Below the pieces are notes generated by a model that saw only the letters and a list, made by a program, of their open reading frames with translations, was not told where the DNA came from and searched no databases. From contig CAIZQW010000287.1 in the NCBI GenBank assembly GCA_903935195.1, positions 1 through 63,841 on the forward strand: a stretch of 63,841 nt of DNA, written 5' to 3'. This DNA is from an uncultured bacterium. GTDB taxonomy: Bacteria > Verrucomicrobiota > Kiritimatiellia > RFP12 > UBA1067. Below, one piece after another: positions 17,879 through 28,574 of the stretch (positions are counted from its first letter, which is position 1; each line of letters starts with the position of its first letter). The translations under genes were made by a program, and so were the position numbers.

Positions 17879-19207
17879 CTACTTTCTGATAATCGCCAAC
17901 AACTCGTCGCGTTTAGCTTCCATGACAACCTTGGTCTTGGCCTCCACGTTCAGACGGACAAGCGGTTCGGTGTTCGAACAACGTACATTGAACCACCAGT
18001 CCGCATACTCCACGCTCACACCATCGAGTTCAAACATCCTGCCGTCCGTATACTTTGCACGAATCTCATCGAGAATCGTCTTAGGATCGCGAGACACATG
18101 GGTGTTAATCTCGCCACTGGCGAAATACTTGCGCAACGGAGCGATCAGTTCCGAGAGCGGCTTGTCCGACTTGCTGACGATGTTTGCCAAGGAGAGGATG
18201 GCCATCGCGGAACTCTCGGCGGTAAAATTGTCTTTGAAGTAGTAGTGTCCGCTCAATTCCCCTGCAAAGAGCGCATCATTCTCGCGCATCTGCTGCTTGA
18301 TGAAGGCATGGCCGACCCGGCTCATCATGGGCTTACCTCCTGCGGCTTCAATAACCTCCTTGACCACCCAACTGCTGCGCAGATCATAGAAGATTGCGCC
18401 TTTGCGTGTGGCTAGGACATCCTGGGCGATGAGCGCGGTAATAAGGTCCATGGGAATAATTTCGCCCTTTTCATCAACGAATCCCGCGCGATCTGCATCA
18501 CCATCATATGCCACGCCAAACGCATAACGTCCTGCGCGCACTTTGGCCTGGAGATCTGCAAGCGTAGCATGGTGGAGCGGATTAGCCTCATGGTTCGGGA
18601 AGCGACCATCTGGATCCTCAAAGAGTCCATCCCACGTGATAAGGCCTTTGAGCGTCTTCACTTCCCAAATGCCCATGCCATTCGCAAAGTCAATGGCAAC
18701 ATGGATTGGCTTGGCCAGCCGCGCAAACGTGGCGACATGCTTAGCGTAGGCCTCGCTGACATCGGCTGTTGTGAGTGTTCCTGGCTTGGAAGGCTTCGGA
18801 GCAAATGCCCCTGTCATCGCTATCTTCTCAATGTCCATGATGCCTGTCGCACCGCTGATCGGCACGGCATTGGCGCGGCAGAGCTTAAACCCATTCCACT
18901 CGGCTGTGTTATGGGAGGCTGTGATCATGACACTTCCATCAGCACCCAACGTGCCATTGGCAAAATAGGACATCGGCGTGGAACCGAAGCCAATATCTAC
19001 GACGTCGGCCCCCTGCTCCATAATACCTTTTGCGAGATTGGCAAAGAGGGGTTCCGAGTGAGGCCGGATATCGCGTGCAATGACCACCTTGGTACATCCA
19101 GTAAACGTGACGAACGCCCGACCGATTTTGTAGGCCAGCTCATCCGTCAAATCTTTACTGTAAATGCCACGAATATCATAAGCTTTAAAGATTCCGCCCA
19201 TAGACAC
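17879..19207 (-). CDS. Phosphomannomutase/phosphoglucomutase (alpha-D-phosphohexomutase)
   Basis: 442 aa. Active-site ITASHNTAEWNGFK, metal loop AYDGDADR and a four-domain length. Confidence 0.88.
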   Translation of the reverse strand: MSMGGIFKAYDIRGIYSKDLTDELAYKIGRAFVTFTGCTKVVIARDIRPHSEPLFANLAKGIMEQGADVVDIGFGSTPMSYFANGTLGADGSVMITASHNTAEWNGFKLCRANAVPISGATGIMDIEKIAMTGAFAPKPSKPGTLTTADVSEAYAKHVATFARLAKPIHVAIDFANGMGIWEVKTLKGLITWDGLFEDPDGRFPNHEANPLHHATLADLQAKVRAGRYAFGVAYDGDADRAGFVDEKGEIIPMDLITALIAQDVLATRKGAIFYDLRSSWVVKEVIEAAGGKPMMSRVGHAFIKQQMRENDALFAGELSGHYYFKDNFTAESSAMAILSLANIVSKSDKPLSELIAPLRKYFASGEINTHVSRDPKTILDEIRAKYTDGRMFELDGVSVEYADWWFNVRCSNTEPLVRLNVEAKTKVVMEAKRDELLAIIRK

Positions 19208-19261
19208 TCCTTATTTTAAAAAATGAAATTTTATTATAACCGAAAAAACAGAGATAAGAGA

Positions 19262-19354
19262 AGTTCTAAAATGATAAAGTTCTAAAGTTGTATTTTACTT
19301 TAGAACTCCCTAGCGCGCCGTAGCTTTAGCGAAGGCGGCTCGAACTTTAGAACT
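19262..19354. repeat. Word element: nested inverted repeats of AGTTCTAAAG around a GC-rich core
   Basis: AGTTCTAAA at 19262-19270, AGTTCTAAAG at 19278-19287, CTTTAGAACT at 19298-19307 and CTTTAGAACT at 19345-19354. The core CGCCGTAGCTTTAGCGAAGGCGG lies at 19316-19338. Confidence 0.9.
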
Positions 19355-19360
19355 TGCTTT

Positions 19361-20194
19361 TTACTTAATCGAGTAGCGCGTGGCCTTCAAAAGAGCCTTC
19401 CAAAGCTCCTCAGAGGTTTTCGCCTCAAGGATTGCTTCGCGGTTCTGCTCTTTTAGGAAGGTTTCGGTCAATCCTGACATCAGGCGCAAATAGAAGGCGC
19501 TCACCGCAGTCGGGATCGTGATAAAAAAGACAATGTTCACAAGCTTGCCCGCGTCATCCCATGGAATACCCTTCTTGGAGACACCCATGGCCAACGTAAG
19601 GCCGCCACCCTCAACCCCTCGCACATGCGGGAAGGCCAATCCATTTTCCATGGCAGTACTGAGCACCGCCTCACGCTCCAAGGCAGATTGAACGAGCTTA
19701 TCGGACGCTGAGATAAAGTTTTGTTCTTCCATGACCTTGGCCAGCTTCTCAATCGCCTCAACAGCGGAGTGCGCCTTTAGGTTGGGCACCATCAATATCT
19801 CAGCTGAAAAACGAGAGATTCCTGACTTCCGAGGCTCTGTACGACTGGGGGCATCTCCGATCCATTTTGGAGCATCACTCTCTTCAAAAAGGATACGCGC
19901 ACAGCTTGGGCAGCTCTGGATCTGCTTGCAAAGGCGAACCGCTTGGACCTGGCTGATCGGCATCCGCATGCCGCAGATCGCACAACAGCCGTTGTGCATC
20001 GGAGCCATAACGATGTGGTCCTTCTTGTACAACCGCAGATACAAAGATTTCATCTCCACAGGCAACATGTCCGTCAGCTGTTCGATCGAATCATTTAAAC
20101 GATCCATGTGACGACCATCACCTGTTGTACGATGCTCGTCTCGAATCAGCAACAGTTCTTGCAACTGATTCAAATGGTTGATCAAACTTTGCAT
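19361..20194 (-). CDS. Fusion protein: coiled-coil plus C4 zinc-ribbon (DUF164/zf-RING_7-like) N-domain and PTS EIIA type-2 (PtsN-like) C-domain
   Basis: CCAICG...CPSCARILF zinc ribbon. The C-terminal half carries GLAFPHVRG (EIIA-2 phospho-His motif) and the typical IVFFITIP segment. Confidence 0.7.
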   Translation of the reverse strand: MQSLINHLNQLQELLLIRDEHRTTGDGRHMDRLNDSIEQLTDMLPVEMKSLYLRLYKKDHIVMAPMHNGCCAICGMRMPISQVQAVRLCKQIQSCPSCARILFEESDAPKWIGDAPSRTEPRKSGISRFSAEILMVPNLKAHSAVEAIEKLAKVMEEQNFISASDKLVQSALEREAVLSTAMENGLAFPHVRGVEGGGLTLAMGVSKKGIPWDDAGKLVNIVFFITIPTAVSAFYLRLMSGLTETFLKEQNREAILEAKTSEELWKALLKATRYSIK

Positions 20195-20355
20195 ATACGA
20201 TTCCTTTTCTATTTCCTATTCCACAAAAAACCCACAGGTCATGAAAACAATGAAAATACGGTAGGTTTTTAGATGTTGGAATATACATCATTTTGTCAGG
20301 TTGGTCAATCATCCGATTGAAAAACCTTCAAAAGAGGCCATCTGTATACACTCGA

Positions 20356-23300
20356 TTAAGGGAGGTGCTTGTGGTACTCCTGGAGGCTACACACCGCGAT
20401 GCGACCATTGAGATCGTTCGTCTGCAACCCTTGGAGTGCTGCTTGGAAGCCATCCAGTGTGGTTGACAGCGGGATTCCCGCAAGTACAGCACCTGAGCGC
20501 ATCTGCGTCTCGTCCATCTTAGACGAAGCGCCCGTCTCAGGCGCGTTCACAATCCACTGGATCTTCTTTTCGGCCATCAGATCAAGAATATTCGGGCGTC
20601 CCATCGGGATGCGATAAACCGCATGACACTTGATACCGTTGTTATAGAGCATCGTCGCGGTTCCGCGCGTGCAGTACAACTCATACCCCAACTTGCTCAA
20701 CTCACGAATGAGCGGCAATGCTGGCAGTTTGTCTTCATCACGCAACGAAAGGAAAACGCCACCTTTCAGCGGAATCGCGTTATTCGCAGCCATCTGAGAC
20801 TTCAAATAGGCAGTGCCATAGTGGTAATCAATGCCCATCACCTCGCCAGTGGACTTCATCTCCGGGGTCAAGACAATGTCCACGCCAGGGAACTTCACAA
20901 ACGGGAAGACGGCCTCTTTAAAGGCCGTGTAGGGAATCGTGACCTCCTGAGTGAAGCCGAGCTCAGGTAGCGTCTTGCCGACCATACAGAGCGCGGCCTT
21001 CTTTGCCAGAGGCACGCCAATCGCCTTACTCACAAACGGTACTGTACGAGAAGCTCGCGGATTCACCTCAAGGATGTAGACATCATCATTTTGTACTGCA
21101 AACTGGATGTTGATGAGCCCGCAGACATGCAGCTCTTTTGCCAAGGCCGCAGACTGAACACGAATCCGATCCTTGATCTCTTCCGAGATCGAATGTGTCG
21201 GAATGGAGCAAGCCGAGTCACCGGAGTGGATGCCCGCCAGTTCCACGTGTTCCATGATCGCGCCGATCACGGTGTTTGTGCCATCAGAGATGAAGTCCAC
21301 ATCAATCTCGGTCGCATGTTCGAGGAAGTGGTCCACGAGGATCGGCTTGCCTTCAGATACGCGGGCCGCCTCTTCGACATACTTCCTTAAATATTGGGGT
21401 TCGTAGACAATCACCATGGCACGTCCGCCGAGGACGAAAGAGGGCCGGACCAACACGGGGTAACCAATCTGATCTGCAATCGCAACCGCCTCATCCACCG
21501 TGTAGGCAATGCCACTCGGAGGTTGCTTGATGTTCAGTCGGTCTGCCAACTGCTTGAAGAATTTACGATCCTCTGCAGCCTCAATATCTTCGGGGCTCGT
21601 ACCAATGATGGTCGCGCCCGCCTCCTTGAGTTGCATCGCCAGATTGAGCGGGGTTTGTCCACCAAACTGGACAATGATGCCCGAACAGGCTTCCCGCTCG
21701 TAGATATTCATGATGTCTTCGAGCGTCAGCGGCTCAAAGTAGAGCTTATCGCTGGTGTCATAGTCGGTCGAGACGGTCTCTGGATTGCTATTGACCATGA
21801 TGGTTTCAAAGCCAGCATCATGTAAGGCAAAGGCCGCATGCACGCAGCAATAGTCAAACTCAATGCCCTGACCAATACGATTGGGTCCGCCACCCAAGAT
21901 CATGATGGACTTCTTGCCACCCTTGTCACGGACCGGCTCATCATGTTCGGAATACGTTGAATAGTAGTACGGCGTGATCGCCTCGAACTCACCTGCACAG
22001 GTGTCCACGAGTCCGTAAGTCGGCAGCACACCCTGCTGGACGCGACGCTTGCGAAGCTCCGCCTCCTTGGTCTTCAGCAGATAGGCGAGCTGGCGATCAG
22101 AGTAACCCCAGATCTTGGCCTGGCGCATCATCTCCGTTGCGTCTGAATCCGGCTTTGAAAGGCCCTTGGCCAAACCTGCCTCAAACTGAACCAGCTCAGT
22201 AAGGTGGCGCAAAAAGTAAGGATCAATACCTGAGAGCTCGTACAGACGCTCAACCGTCACGCCGCGTTTCAGTGCCTCATAGAGGACAAAGACGCGTTCG
22301 GCATGGGGACGTATGATCTGGGCTTCCAGTTCCGCATCGCTCAGCGCTTCAAACTTCTGGTTCTTGCCATCCGCACCAAAGCCAAAACGCCCAGTCTCTA
22401 ACGACCGAAGTGCCTTCTGGAAGGACTGCTTAAAGTTGCGTCCGATGGACATCGCCTCGCCGACAGACTTCATCTGTGTGCCCAGCGTGCTATCTGCTGC
22501 CGGGAATTTTTCAAAGGCGAAACGGGGAATCTTCGTCACCACATAATCAAGGGCCGGTTCAAAACAGCTTGGCGTGGCACGTGTGATGTCGTTACGGATC
22601 TCGTCCAGCGTATAGCCAACCGCCAACAAGGTCGCAATCTTTGCAATCGGGAAGCCCGTGGCCTTCGAGGCCAAGGCCGAAGAGCGCGAGACACGGGGAT
22701 TCATCTCGATAATGATCTGACGACCATCTACGGGATTAACCGCCCACTGAACATTGGACCCGCCCGTCTCAACGCCAATCGCGCGCATCACCTTCAAGGA
22801 GTTGTCGCGCATGAGTTGATACTCCTTGTCGCTCAAAGTCTGGGCAGGGGCAACCGTGATGGAGTCCCCTGTGTGAACACCCATGGGATCAAAATTTTCA
22901 ATCGAACAGACGATCACGCAGTTGTCCTTACGATCACGGATCACCTCCAGCTCAAACTCTTTCCAGCCCAACAAAGATTCTTCGATCAGCACTTCGCTGT
23001 TACGACTTGCAGCAAGTCCGCGTGCGACAATGGTTTTGAAGTCGTCCATGTTGTAAGCAATGCCGCCACCCGTGCCACCGAGCGTAAACCCGGGACGGAT
23101 AATCAGCGGCCACTTGCCAATGGTCGAGGCGATCGAGAGTGCCTCCTGCATGGTATGGGCAGAGCCTGACAATGGCAACTCAAGTCCGATATCCCGCATG
23201 ATGTTTTTGAAAAGCAGCCGATCCTCTGCGCGCCGAATCGCCTCTGCATTGGCGCCGATCAATTCGACATGATACCGGTCGAGAATGCCACCCTCTGTCA

Positions 23301-23604
23301 ACTCCATGGCCAAGTTGAGCGCGGTTTGTCCGCCCAGCGTGGGGAGCAGAGCGTCAGGACGCTCACAGCGGATGATCTCCTGCAGAACCTCTACGGTCAG
23401 AGGCTCAATATAGGTGCGATCCGCGAATTCAGGGTCCGTCATGATGGTCGCTGGATTACTGTTCACCAGCACGACCTCAAAGCCCTCTTTCTTAAGAACC
23501 TTACAGGCTTGAACACCCGAGTAGTCGAATTCGCATCCCTGCCCGATGGCAATCGGACCGGAACCGATGAGCATGATCTTTTTCAAGTCGGTACGTTTAG
23601 GCAT
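20356..23604 (-). CDS. carB: Carbamoyl-phosphate synthase large subunit
   Basis: 1082 aa. [31 protein letters not shown]-terminus, duplicated ATP-grasp halves and an MGS-like C-terminus. Confidence 0.95.
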   Translation of the reverse strand: MPKRTDLKKIMLIGSGPIAIGQGCEFDYSGVQACKVLKKEGFEVVLVNSNPATIMTDPEFADRTYIEPLTVEVLQEIIRCERPDALLPTLGGQTALNLAMELTEGGILDRYHVELIGANAEAIRRAEDRLLFKNIMRDIGLELPLSGSAHTMQEALSIASTIGKWPLIIRPGFTLGGTGGGIAYNMDDFKTIVARGLAASRNSEVLIEESLLGWKEFELEVIRDRKDNCVIVCSIENFDPMGVHTGDSITVAPAQTLSDKEYQLMRDNSLKVMRAIGVETGGSNVQWAVNPVDGRQIIIEMNPRVSRSSALASKATGFPIAKIATLLAVGYTLDEIRNDITRATPSCFEPALDYVVTKIPRFAFEKFPAADSTLGTQMKSVGEAMSIGRNFKQSFQKALRSLETGRFGFGADGKNQKFEALSDAELEAQIIRPHAERVFVLYEALKRGVTVERLYELSGIDPYFLRHLTELVQFEAGLAKGLSKPDSDATEMMRQAKIWGYSDRQLAYLLKTKEAELRKRRVQQGVLPTYGLVDTCAGEFEAITPYYYSTYSEHDEPVRDKGGKKSIMILGGGPNRIGQGIEFDYCCVHAAFALHDAGFETIMVNSNPETVSTDYDTSDKLYFEPLTLEDIMNIYEREACSGIIVQFGGQTPLNLAMQLKEAGATIIGTSPEDIEAAEDRKFFKQLADRLNIKQPPSGIAYTVDEAVAIADQIGYPVLVRPSFVLGGRAMVIVYEPQYLRKYVEEAARVSEGKPILVDHFLEHATEIDVDFISDGTNTVIGAIMEHVELAGIHSGDSACSIPTHSISEEIKDRIRVQSAALAKELHVCGLINIQFAVQNDDVYILEVNPRASRTVPFVSKAIGVPLAKKAALCMVGKTLPELGFTQEVTIPYTAFKEAVFPFVKFPGVDIVLTPEMKSTGEVMGIDYHYGTAYLKSQMAANNAIPLKGGVFLSLRDEDKLPALPLIRELSKLGYELYCTRGTATMLYNNGIKCHAVYRIPMGRPNILDLMAEKKIQWIVNAPETGASSKMDETQMRSGAVLAGIPLSTTLDGFQAALQGLQTNDLNGRIAVCSLQEYHKHLP

Positions 23605-25201
23605 GACTCTCCTTTTGCTTGAGCGCTGCTGCGATTAAACCTTTAAACAATGGATGGGCTTCTGCAATTTGCGATTGGAATTCAGGATGGAACTGGCAAC
23701 CGATAAAGAACGGATGATTCTGCAATTCCACCATTTCGACCAAGAGGTCGTCTGGCGACGTGCCGACAATCTTCAAATCCGAGGTTGCAAAATCCTCGCG
23801 ATAGAGGTTGTTGAACTCATAGCGATGACGATGGCGCTCTAGGATATCGTCTTTACCATAGAGCTGGTGGGTGATGCTGTCCTTTGACAGACGGCAGGGA
23901 TAGCTTCCCAGACGCATGGTTCCGCCCTTTGCGGAGATGGTGCGTTGGTCATGCATGAGATGGACTACCGGATGCGTCGTATCGGGATTCATCTCCACAC
24001 TGTCCGCATCCTCGAACTTCAGCACATTGCGCGCATATTCAATGACCATGCACTGTAATCCAAGACAGATGCCGAGGAGCGGGATCTTCTGCTCGCGTGC
24101 ACGTTTGATTGCCTGGAGCTTTCCAGGGATACCCCGATGACCAAAGCCACCTGGGATCAAGATACAATCCACATTATCCAGCATTTCAGGCGCCTTCTCC
24201 AGCAACTCCGCCTCAACCAATTCCACCTTGACGCGGCAATCATTCGCAATGCCTGCATGATGGATAGATTCCACAATGCTCTTGTAGGCATCGGGACAAC
24301 CCGTGTACTTGCCGACCACTGCAATCGTGCAGTTATTCTTGGGCGAGATCACCGTATCCACCAGTTTACGCCAATCCTCCATCTCCAGCTTGCCGCAGGG
24401 CAGATGGAGAAGGTTCAAGACCTTCTTGTCAAAATTCTGCTTCGCCAACTCCAAAGGCACCTCGTAGATCGAGTGCGACACATCCCGCTCTTCAATCACC
24501 AGTTCGACGGGTACATTGCAAAAGAGCGCCAGCTTCTGCATCTCACTCTCGCTGATCGACACCTCTGTGCGACAGACCAACACGTCTGGAAAGATACCAA
24601 TGTTGCGCAAGATACCGACAGACTGTTGCGACGGCTTCGTCTTCAACTCACCTGCAGCCCTCAAGTAAGGCAGGAGGGTCAGATGCACAAAGATCGCATT
24701 CAGTTGACCGACCTCGTGGCGGAACTGACGAGCTGCCTCTAAGAAGGGAAGTGATTCAATGTCGCCGGCAGTGCCCCCGACCTCAATGATCGCTATGTCG
24801 ATATCCGGACCCGCAACCGACTTAAAGGCCTCTTTGATCTCATTCGTGATGTGAGGAATCACCTGCACCGTCGCGCCAAGATAACCCCCTTGACGTTCGC
24901 GTTCGATCACAGCCTTGTAGATACGACCCGAGGTGTAGTTACTGTTGCGCGTACACCGGATACCGGTAAAACGCTCATAGTGACCCAAATCCAGATCGGT
25001 CTCCGTTCCATCGGCCGTCACAAAAACCTCGCCATGTTGATAAGGAGACATTGTGCCTGGATCAACGTTGAAGTAAGGGTCGAGTTTCTGCATCGCCACA
25101 CGCAGGCCACGACGCTTCAACAACAACGCCAGCGAGGCGGCAGTAATGCCCTTGCCCAGACTGGAAACCACACCCCCGGTCATAAAGATATACTTGGTCA
25201 T
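23597..25201 (-). CDS. pyrG: CTP synthase
   Basis: [20 protein letters not shown]-terminus and a GATase domain with GICLGLQ and HPEF. Confidence 0.95.
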   Translation of the reverse strand: MTKYIFMTGGVVSSLGKGITAASLALLLKRRGLRVAMQKLDPYFNVDPGTMSPYQHGEVFVTADGTETDLDLGHYERFTGIRCTRNSNYTSGRIYKAVIERERQGGYLGATVQVIPHITNEIKEAFKSVAGPDIDIAIIEVGGTAGDIESLPFLEAARQFRHEVGQLNAIFVHLTLLPYLRAAGELKTKPSQQSVGILRNIGIFPDVLVCRTEVSISESEMQKLALFCNVPVELVIEERDVSHSIYEVPLELAKQNFDKKVLNLLHLPCGKLEMEDWRKLVDTVISPKNNCTIAVVGKYTGCPDAYKSIVESIHHAGIANDCRVKVELVEAELLEKAPEMLDNVDCILIPGGFGHRGIPGKLQAIKRAREQKIPLLGICLGLQCMVIEYARNVLKFEDADSVEMNPDTTHPVVHLMHDQRTISAKGGTMRLGSYPCRLSKDSITHQLYGKDDILERHRHRYEFNNLYREDFATSDLKIVGTSPDDLLVEMVELQNHPFFIGCQFHPEFQSQIAEAHPLFKGLIAAALKQKESHA

Positions 25202-26283
25202 TTTGCGCCCTCCAGCAATGATCTGAATTGTTTAAAAAGATAAAATGCGTCATTCGGTCCGGGTGCTGCCTCTGGATGATACTGGACAGCAAACGCCGGC
25301 TCGCTCTTGTGACGAATGCCTTCGACGGTCTGGTCATTCAAGTTGATATGCGTCAATTCGAGCTGGCTGGGAAGCTTCTCAGGACTGAGCGCATAGTTGT
25401 GGTTCTGGCTGGTAATCTCCACCAGCCCGGTCAGCAGGTTCTTGACTGGATGGTTGCATCCATGATGGCCGAATTTCAGACGTCCGCATTGGGCGCCCAT
25501 GGCCAGGCCCATGATCTGGTGCCCTAGGCAGATACCCATGAGTGGCACCTTCCCGGTCAGCTCCTTTGCCGCCTGAATCGCTCCCTTAACTGCCGAAGGA
25601 TCCGCGGGTCCGTTGGAGAAAAACACGCCATCCGGCTTCAGTGCCAAAACTTCCTTCGCCGTCGTCCAGGAGGGAACCACCTTCACAGCCATGCCCTGTC
25701 CAGCCAAGCAACGCAGGATGTTATACTTAATACCAAAATCGTAGGCCACCACACGGAAATCACCCGCGGTGCTCCAGTCATACCCCTTGGGGTCTGTGAC
25801 CTTTGCGGCATAGTCTTGTCCGTCGAGACCAACCCACTCCCGCGCACGGGCGACACCCTGCTCCGGCGTAATGGCCTCGGTTGAAGTATGCAAAAAACCC
25901 TTCACTGTTCCGCATGAACGCAAGTGAAGGGTCAGTTTACGCGTGTCGACCTCGTAAAGGCACGGCACCTGATGCTGCTTGAGCAAGTCAGGAAGCGAAC
26001 ACTCCGACTTAAAGTTCGAAGGAGGATTCAGTCCCTGAATGATCAGGCCGCTCAAAAAGAGCTTCCTGGACTCCATTGCGTCGGCGCAACAGCCATAGTT
26101 GCCCACCTCAGCCGTGGTTAGTGTCACGATCTGTCCAGCGTACGAAGGATCCGAGACAATCTCCTGATACCCCGTCATGCCGGTATTAAAGACCACCTCG
26201 CCCACTTGATCAACAGCGGCTCCTGCAGCCTTCCCAAAGAAGACCGTTCCATCCGCCAGCGCCAAAAATGCTCTATTTTGCAT
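25198..26283 (-). CDS. carA: Carbamoyl-phosphate synthase small (glutamine amidotransferase) subunit
   Basis: From ORF 25198..26352, trimmed to MQNRAFLALADGTVFFGK. GICLGHQ catalytic Cys and HPEA. Its stop forms an ATGA overlap with the pyrG start. Confidence 0.92.
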   Translation of the reverse strand: MQNRAFLALADGTVFFGKAAGAAVDQVGEVVFNTGMTGYQEIVSDPSYAGQIVTLTTAEVGNYGCCADAMESRKLFLSGLIIQGLNPPSNFKSECSLPDLLKQHQVPCLYEVDTRKLTLHLRSCGTVKGFLHTSTEAITPEQGVARAREWVGLDGQDYAAKVTDPKGYDWSTAGDFRVVAYDFGIKYNILRCLAGQGMAVKVVPSWTTAKEVLALKPDGVFFSNGPADPSAVKGAIQAAKELTGKVPLMGICLGHQIMGLAMGAQCGRLKFGHHGCNHPVKNLLTGLVEITSQNHNYALSPEKLPSQLELTHINLNDQTVEGIRHKSEPAFAVQYHPEAAPGPNDAFYLFKQFRSLLEGAK

Positions 26284-26548
26284 CAACACACCCCTCTCAG
26301 CTTTATTCTGCCTCAAACCTTTTACGATACATGCAACTAATATGCCATACAAACCGTTTTTCTAAAAATAGTCCGAAATAGCCTTTTTGAGTCAAAAAAG
26401 GTCTTTGAAAGGACTTTTTGATTCCTACCGCTCTGCGCGAAAGCCATTATGTTTACATTCGAGTAAAACAAAAGTGTCACATTTTTACGAAACCGTAACC
26501 TATGGATCGCTTGACCTGCTTAAGAGATTATGAGATTGTTTATAACTC

Positions 26549-28198
26549 ATGCAGCGTTATGCCAACATGTCTTTTGAGAGTCCGTTAGATGTCATAGAAG
26601 CCTTTGACTACGATGGGCTGGCGGAGGCTTTTCAAAAGATCGAGCAAGCGTGGCAGCGCAATACCCTTCTGGGGTACATCCGCTATGAGGCGAAGAATGC
26701 CTTGCTCGACCGCGCCTTCCGCTCAAAACTCCCCCTGCTCTATTTTGAAGTTCATCAAACAGCCCAGCCTACGACCCCGGCTGTCCGACCCTGCGTCCCG
26801 TTGACCGCCATACCTTCCATTGACTTTGCCACCTATTGCGCCGCCCTCCTGCGGATCAAGGAGGAGATCGCCGAGGGCAACACGTATCAGGTCAACTACA
26901 CGTATGACAGCCGCCTTCGGACATCGCTCGCGCCGCTTGACCTCTATGAGATGCTCCTCCCGCGCCAGACTACCCCCTACACCGCTTTCATCGAAAACCA
27001 ATACGAGAGCATCCTCTCCTTCTCCCCTGAACTCTTCTTTGAGATCAAGGGACGCACCATCCGCGCCAAGCCGATGAAGGGCACCGCCAGCCGCGGAAAA
27101 AACAGCGCAGAAGATGACGCCAATCGGGTCGGCCTGCAGGAGGATGCCAAGAACCGCTCTGAAAACGTGATGATCGTGGACCTCTTGCGCAATGATCTTG
27201 GAAAGGTAGCCACCCCGGGAAGCGTCAAGGTCACCCAGCTCTTTGACGTCGAAACCCACAGCACCCTCCACCAGATGACTTCGGAGATTGTCGCGGAGCT
27301 CAAGGAGTCCACATCCCTGTGGGAGATTTTTAAGGCGCTCTTCCCCTGCGGCTCCGTAACGGGTGCGCCTAAACGCAGTACCATGGCCATCATTGACGCG
27401 CTTGAAAAAGGACCCCGCGGGGTCTATTGCGGCGCCATCGCCTTTCTTCAGCCCGGCCGCGCGACCTTCAGCGTCCCGATCCGCATCCTCCAGCGCACGC
27501 GAGAAGAAGCCGACTATCGTTACCGCGTGGGCAGTGGCATTGTCTGGGACTCCGATCCGCAAGAGGAGTGGCTTGAAACCCAGACCAAGACCGCTTTCCT
27601 CCAGGGCGATTACCAGCTTCTGGAGACGATCCGCGTCACGGATGGCATCTGGCTCACCGGTGAGGAACACCTGGCACGCATGGAACAATCGGCAAAGGCC
27701 CTGGGTTTCCCTTTCCAGAAACCTTCCATGACCCATCCGCAACAGGCTGATGGCATCTTACGCCTGTTGCTCGCACGGGACGGCACCTTCACGACAGAGC
27801 TGCATCCTGACAAGGGAATACACTCGACACGTATTGCAATTGCTCCGCATTGCGTCGCGAGCTTCGAGCCCTTGCTCCGCCACAAGACAACCTATCGTCC
27901 CTGGTATGCGGAGAGCGCTGACAAAATTCGTACGGGCGAGCTCTTTGATGAACTCTTTTTGAATGAGCACGGTGAGGTGACTGAGGGTTCGCGAAGCAAC
28001 CTCTTCGCACAGATCAATGGCGTGCTCTACACACCCCCGCTTTCCTGCGGACTCCTAAACGGCATTCTGCGCCAAAAGCTGCTCGACGACGGCAAATGCC
28101 AGGAGCGCATTCTCCGCCTCAACGACCTCCAGAAAGCCGAACGCCTCTTCTGCGGCAACTCCGTCCGCGGCCTCATCGAAGTGCAACTGCTGGCTTGA
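26549..28198 (+). CDS. pabB: Aminodeoxychorismate synthase component I fused to a class IV aminotransferase-fold aminodeoxychorismate lyase (PabB-PabC)
   Basis: Chorismate-binding motifs are present (FPCGSVTGAPKRSTMAIIDALE, GVYCGAIAF). The C-terminal roughly 200 aa are class-IV-like (NEHGEVTEGSRSNLF). An alternative start is M7 at 26567. Confidence 0.8.
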   Translation: MQRYANMSFESPLDVIEAFDYDGLAEAFQKIEQAWQRNTLLGYIRYEAKNALLDRAFRSKLPLLYFEVHQTAQPTTPAVRPCVPLTAIPSIDFATYCAALLRIKEEIAEGNTYQVNYTYDSRLRTSLAPLDLYEMLLPRQTTPYTAFIENQYESILSFSPELFFEIKGRTIRAKPMKGTASRGKNSAEDDANRVGLQEDAKNRSENVMIVDLLRNDLGKVATPGSVKVTQLFDVETHSTLHQMTSEIVAELKESTSLWEIFKALFPCGSVTGAPKRSTMAIIDALEKGPRGVYCGAIAFLQPGRATFSVPIRILQRTREEADYRYRVGSGIVWDSDPQEEWLETQTKTAFLQGDYQLLETIRVTDGIWLTGEEHLARMEQSAKALGFPFQKPSMTHPQQADGILRLLLARDGTFTTELHPDKGIHSTRIAIAPHCVASFEPLLRHKTTYRPWYAESADKIRTGELFDELFLNEHGEVTEGSRSNLFAQINGVLYTPPLSCGLLNGILRQKLLDDGKCQERILRLNDLQKAERLFCGNSVRGLIEVQLLA

Positions 28199-28260
28199 AC
28201 TTAAGGCGGACTGAGCATATAATATTTATCAATTGTGTGTTCAAAATAAAGGAGATTCCT

Positions 28261-28563
28261 ATGACTTCACGTCGTCAATTCATTCAAGCCTGTATTCCGC
28301 TCTCAGCCGCGCTCGTACTCAGCTCCTGTAAAACCGCGGAGGCACCGATCCCCACCGAGGCGGCCTCCCACTTCAAAGCAACCGGAGCGACGGTGATCGA
28401 TGCTGCAGAAAAAACCGTTAAGCTCCATATCAAGTGTCCGCGCTGTGGCTACACCACCGAGATGGAGATCGAGAAGCCGACGGCCGACAAGCCCTATTCG
28501 AAAGAGTGGAAATGTCCGCGCTGCGGCTGCCGCGTAAAGATCACGGTTGAAGTGGAGAAGTGA
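28261..28563 (+). CDS. Small Tat-signal lipoprotein with a 4-Cys zinc-ribbon
   Basis: Internal start of ORF 28096..28563 at ATG 28261, preceded by AAGGAG. SRRQFIQA twin-arginine motif, LSSC lipobox, and CPRCG...CPRCGC. Confidence 0.65.
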   Translation: MTSRRQFIQACIPLSAALVLSSCKTAEAPIPTEAASHFKATGATVIDAAEKTVKLHIKCPRCGYTTEMEIEKPTADKPYSKEWKCPRCGCRVKITVEVEK

Positions 28564-28574
28564 GACAGAGGACT

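Noticed and set aside
17381-18415. 344-codon plus-strand ORF overlapping galK and the phosphohexomutase gene.
   Set aside because: It is antisense to two ORFs with clear family motifs. The translation is Arg/His/Leu-rich with no motifs, which is typical of a shadow ORF in GC-rich coding DNA.
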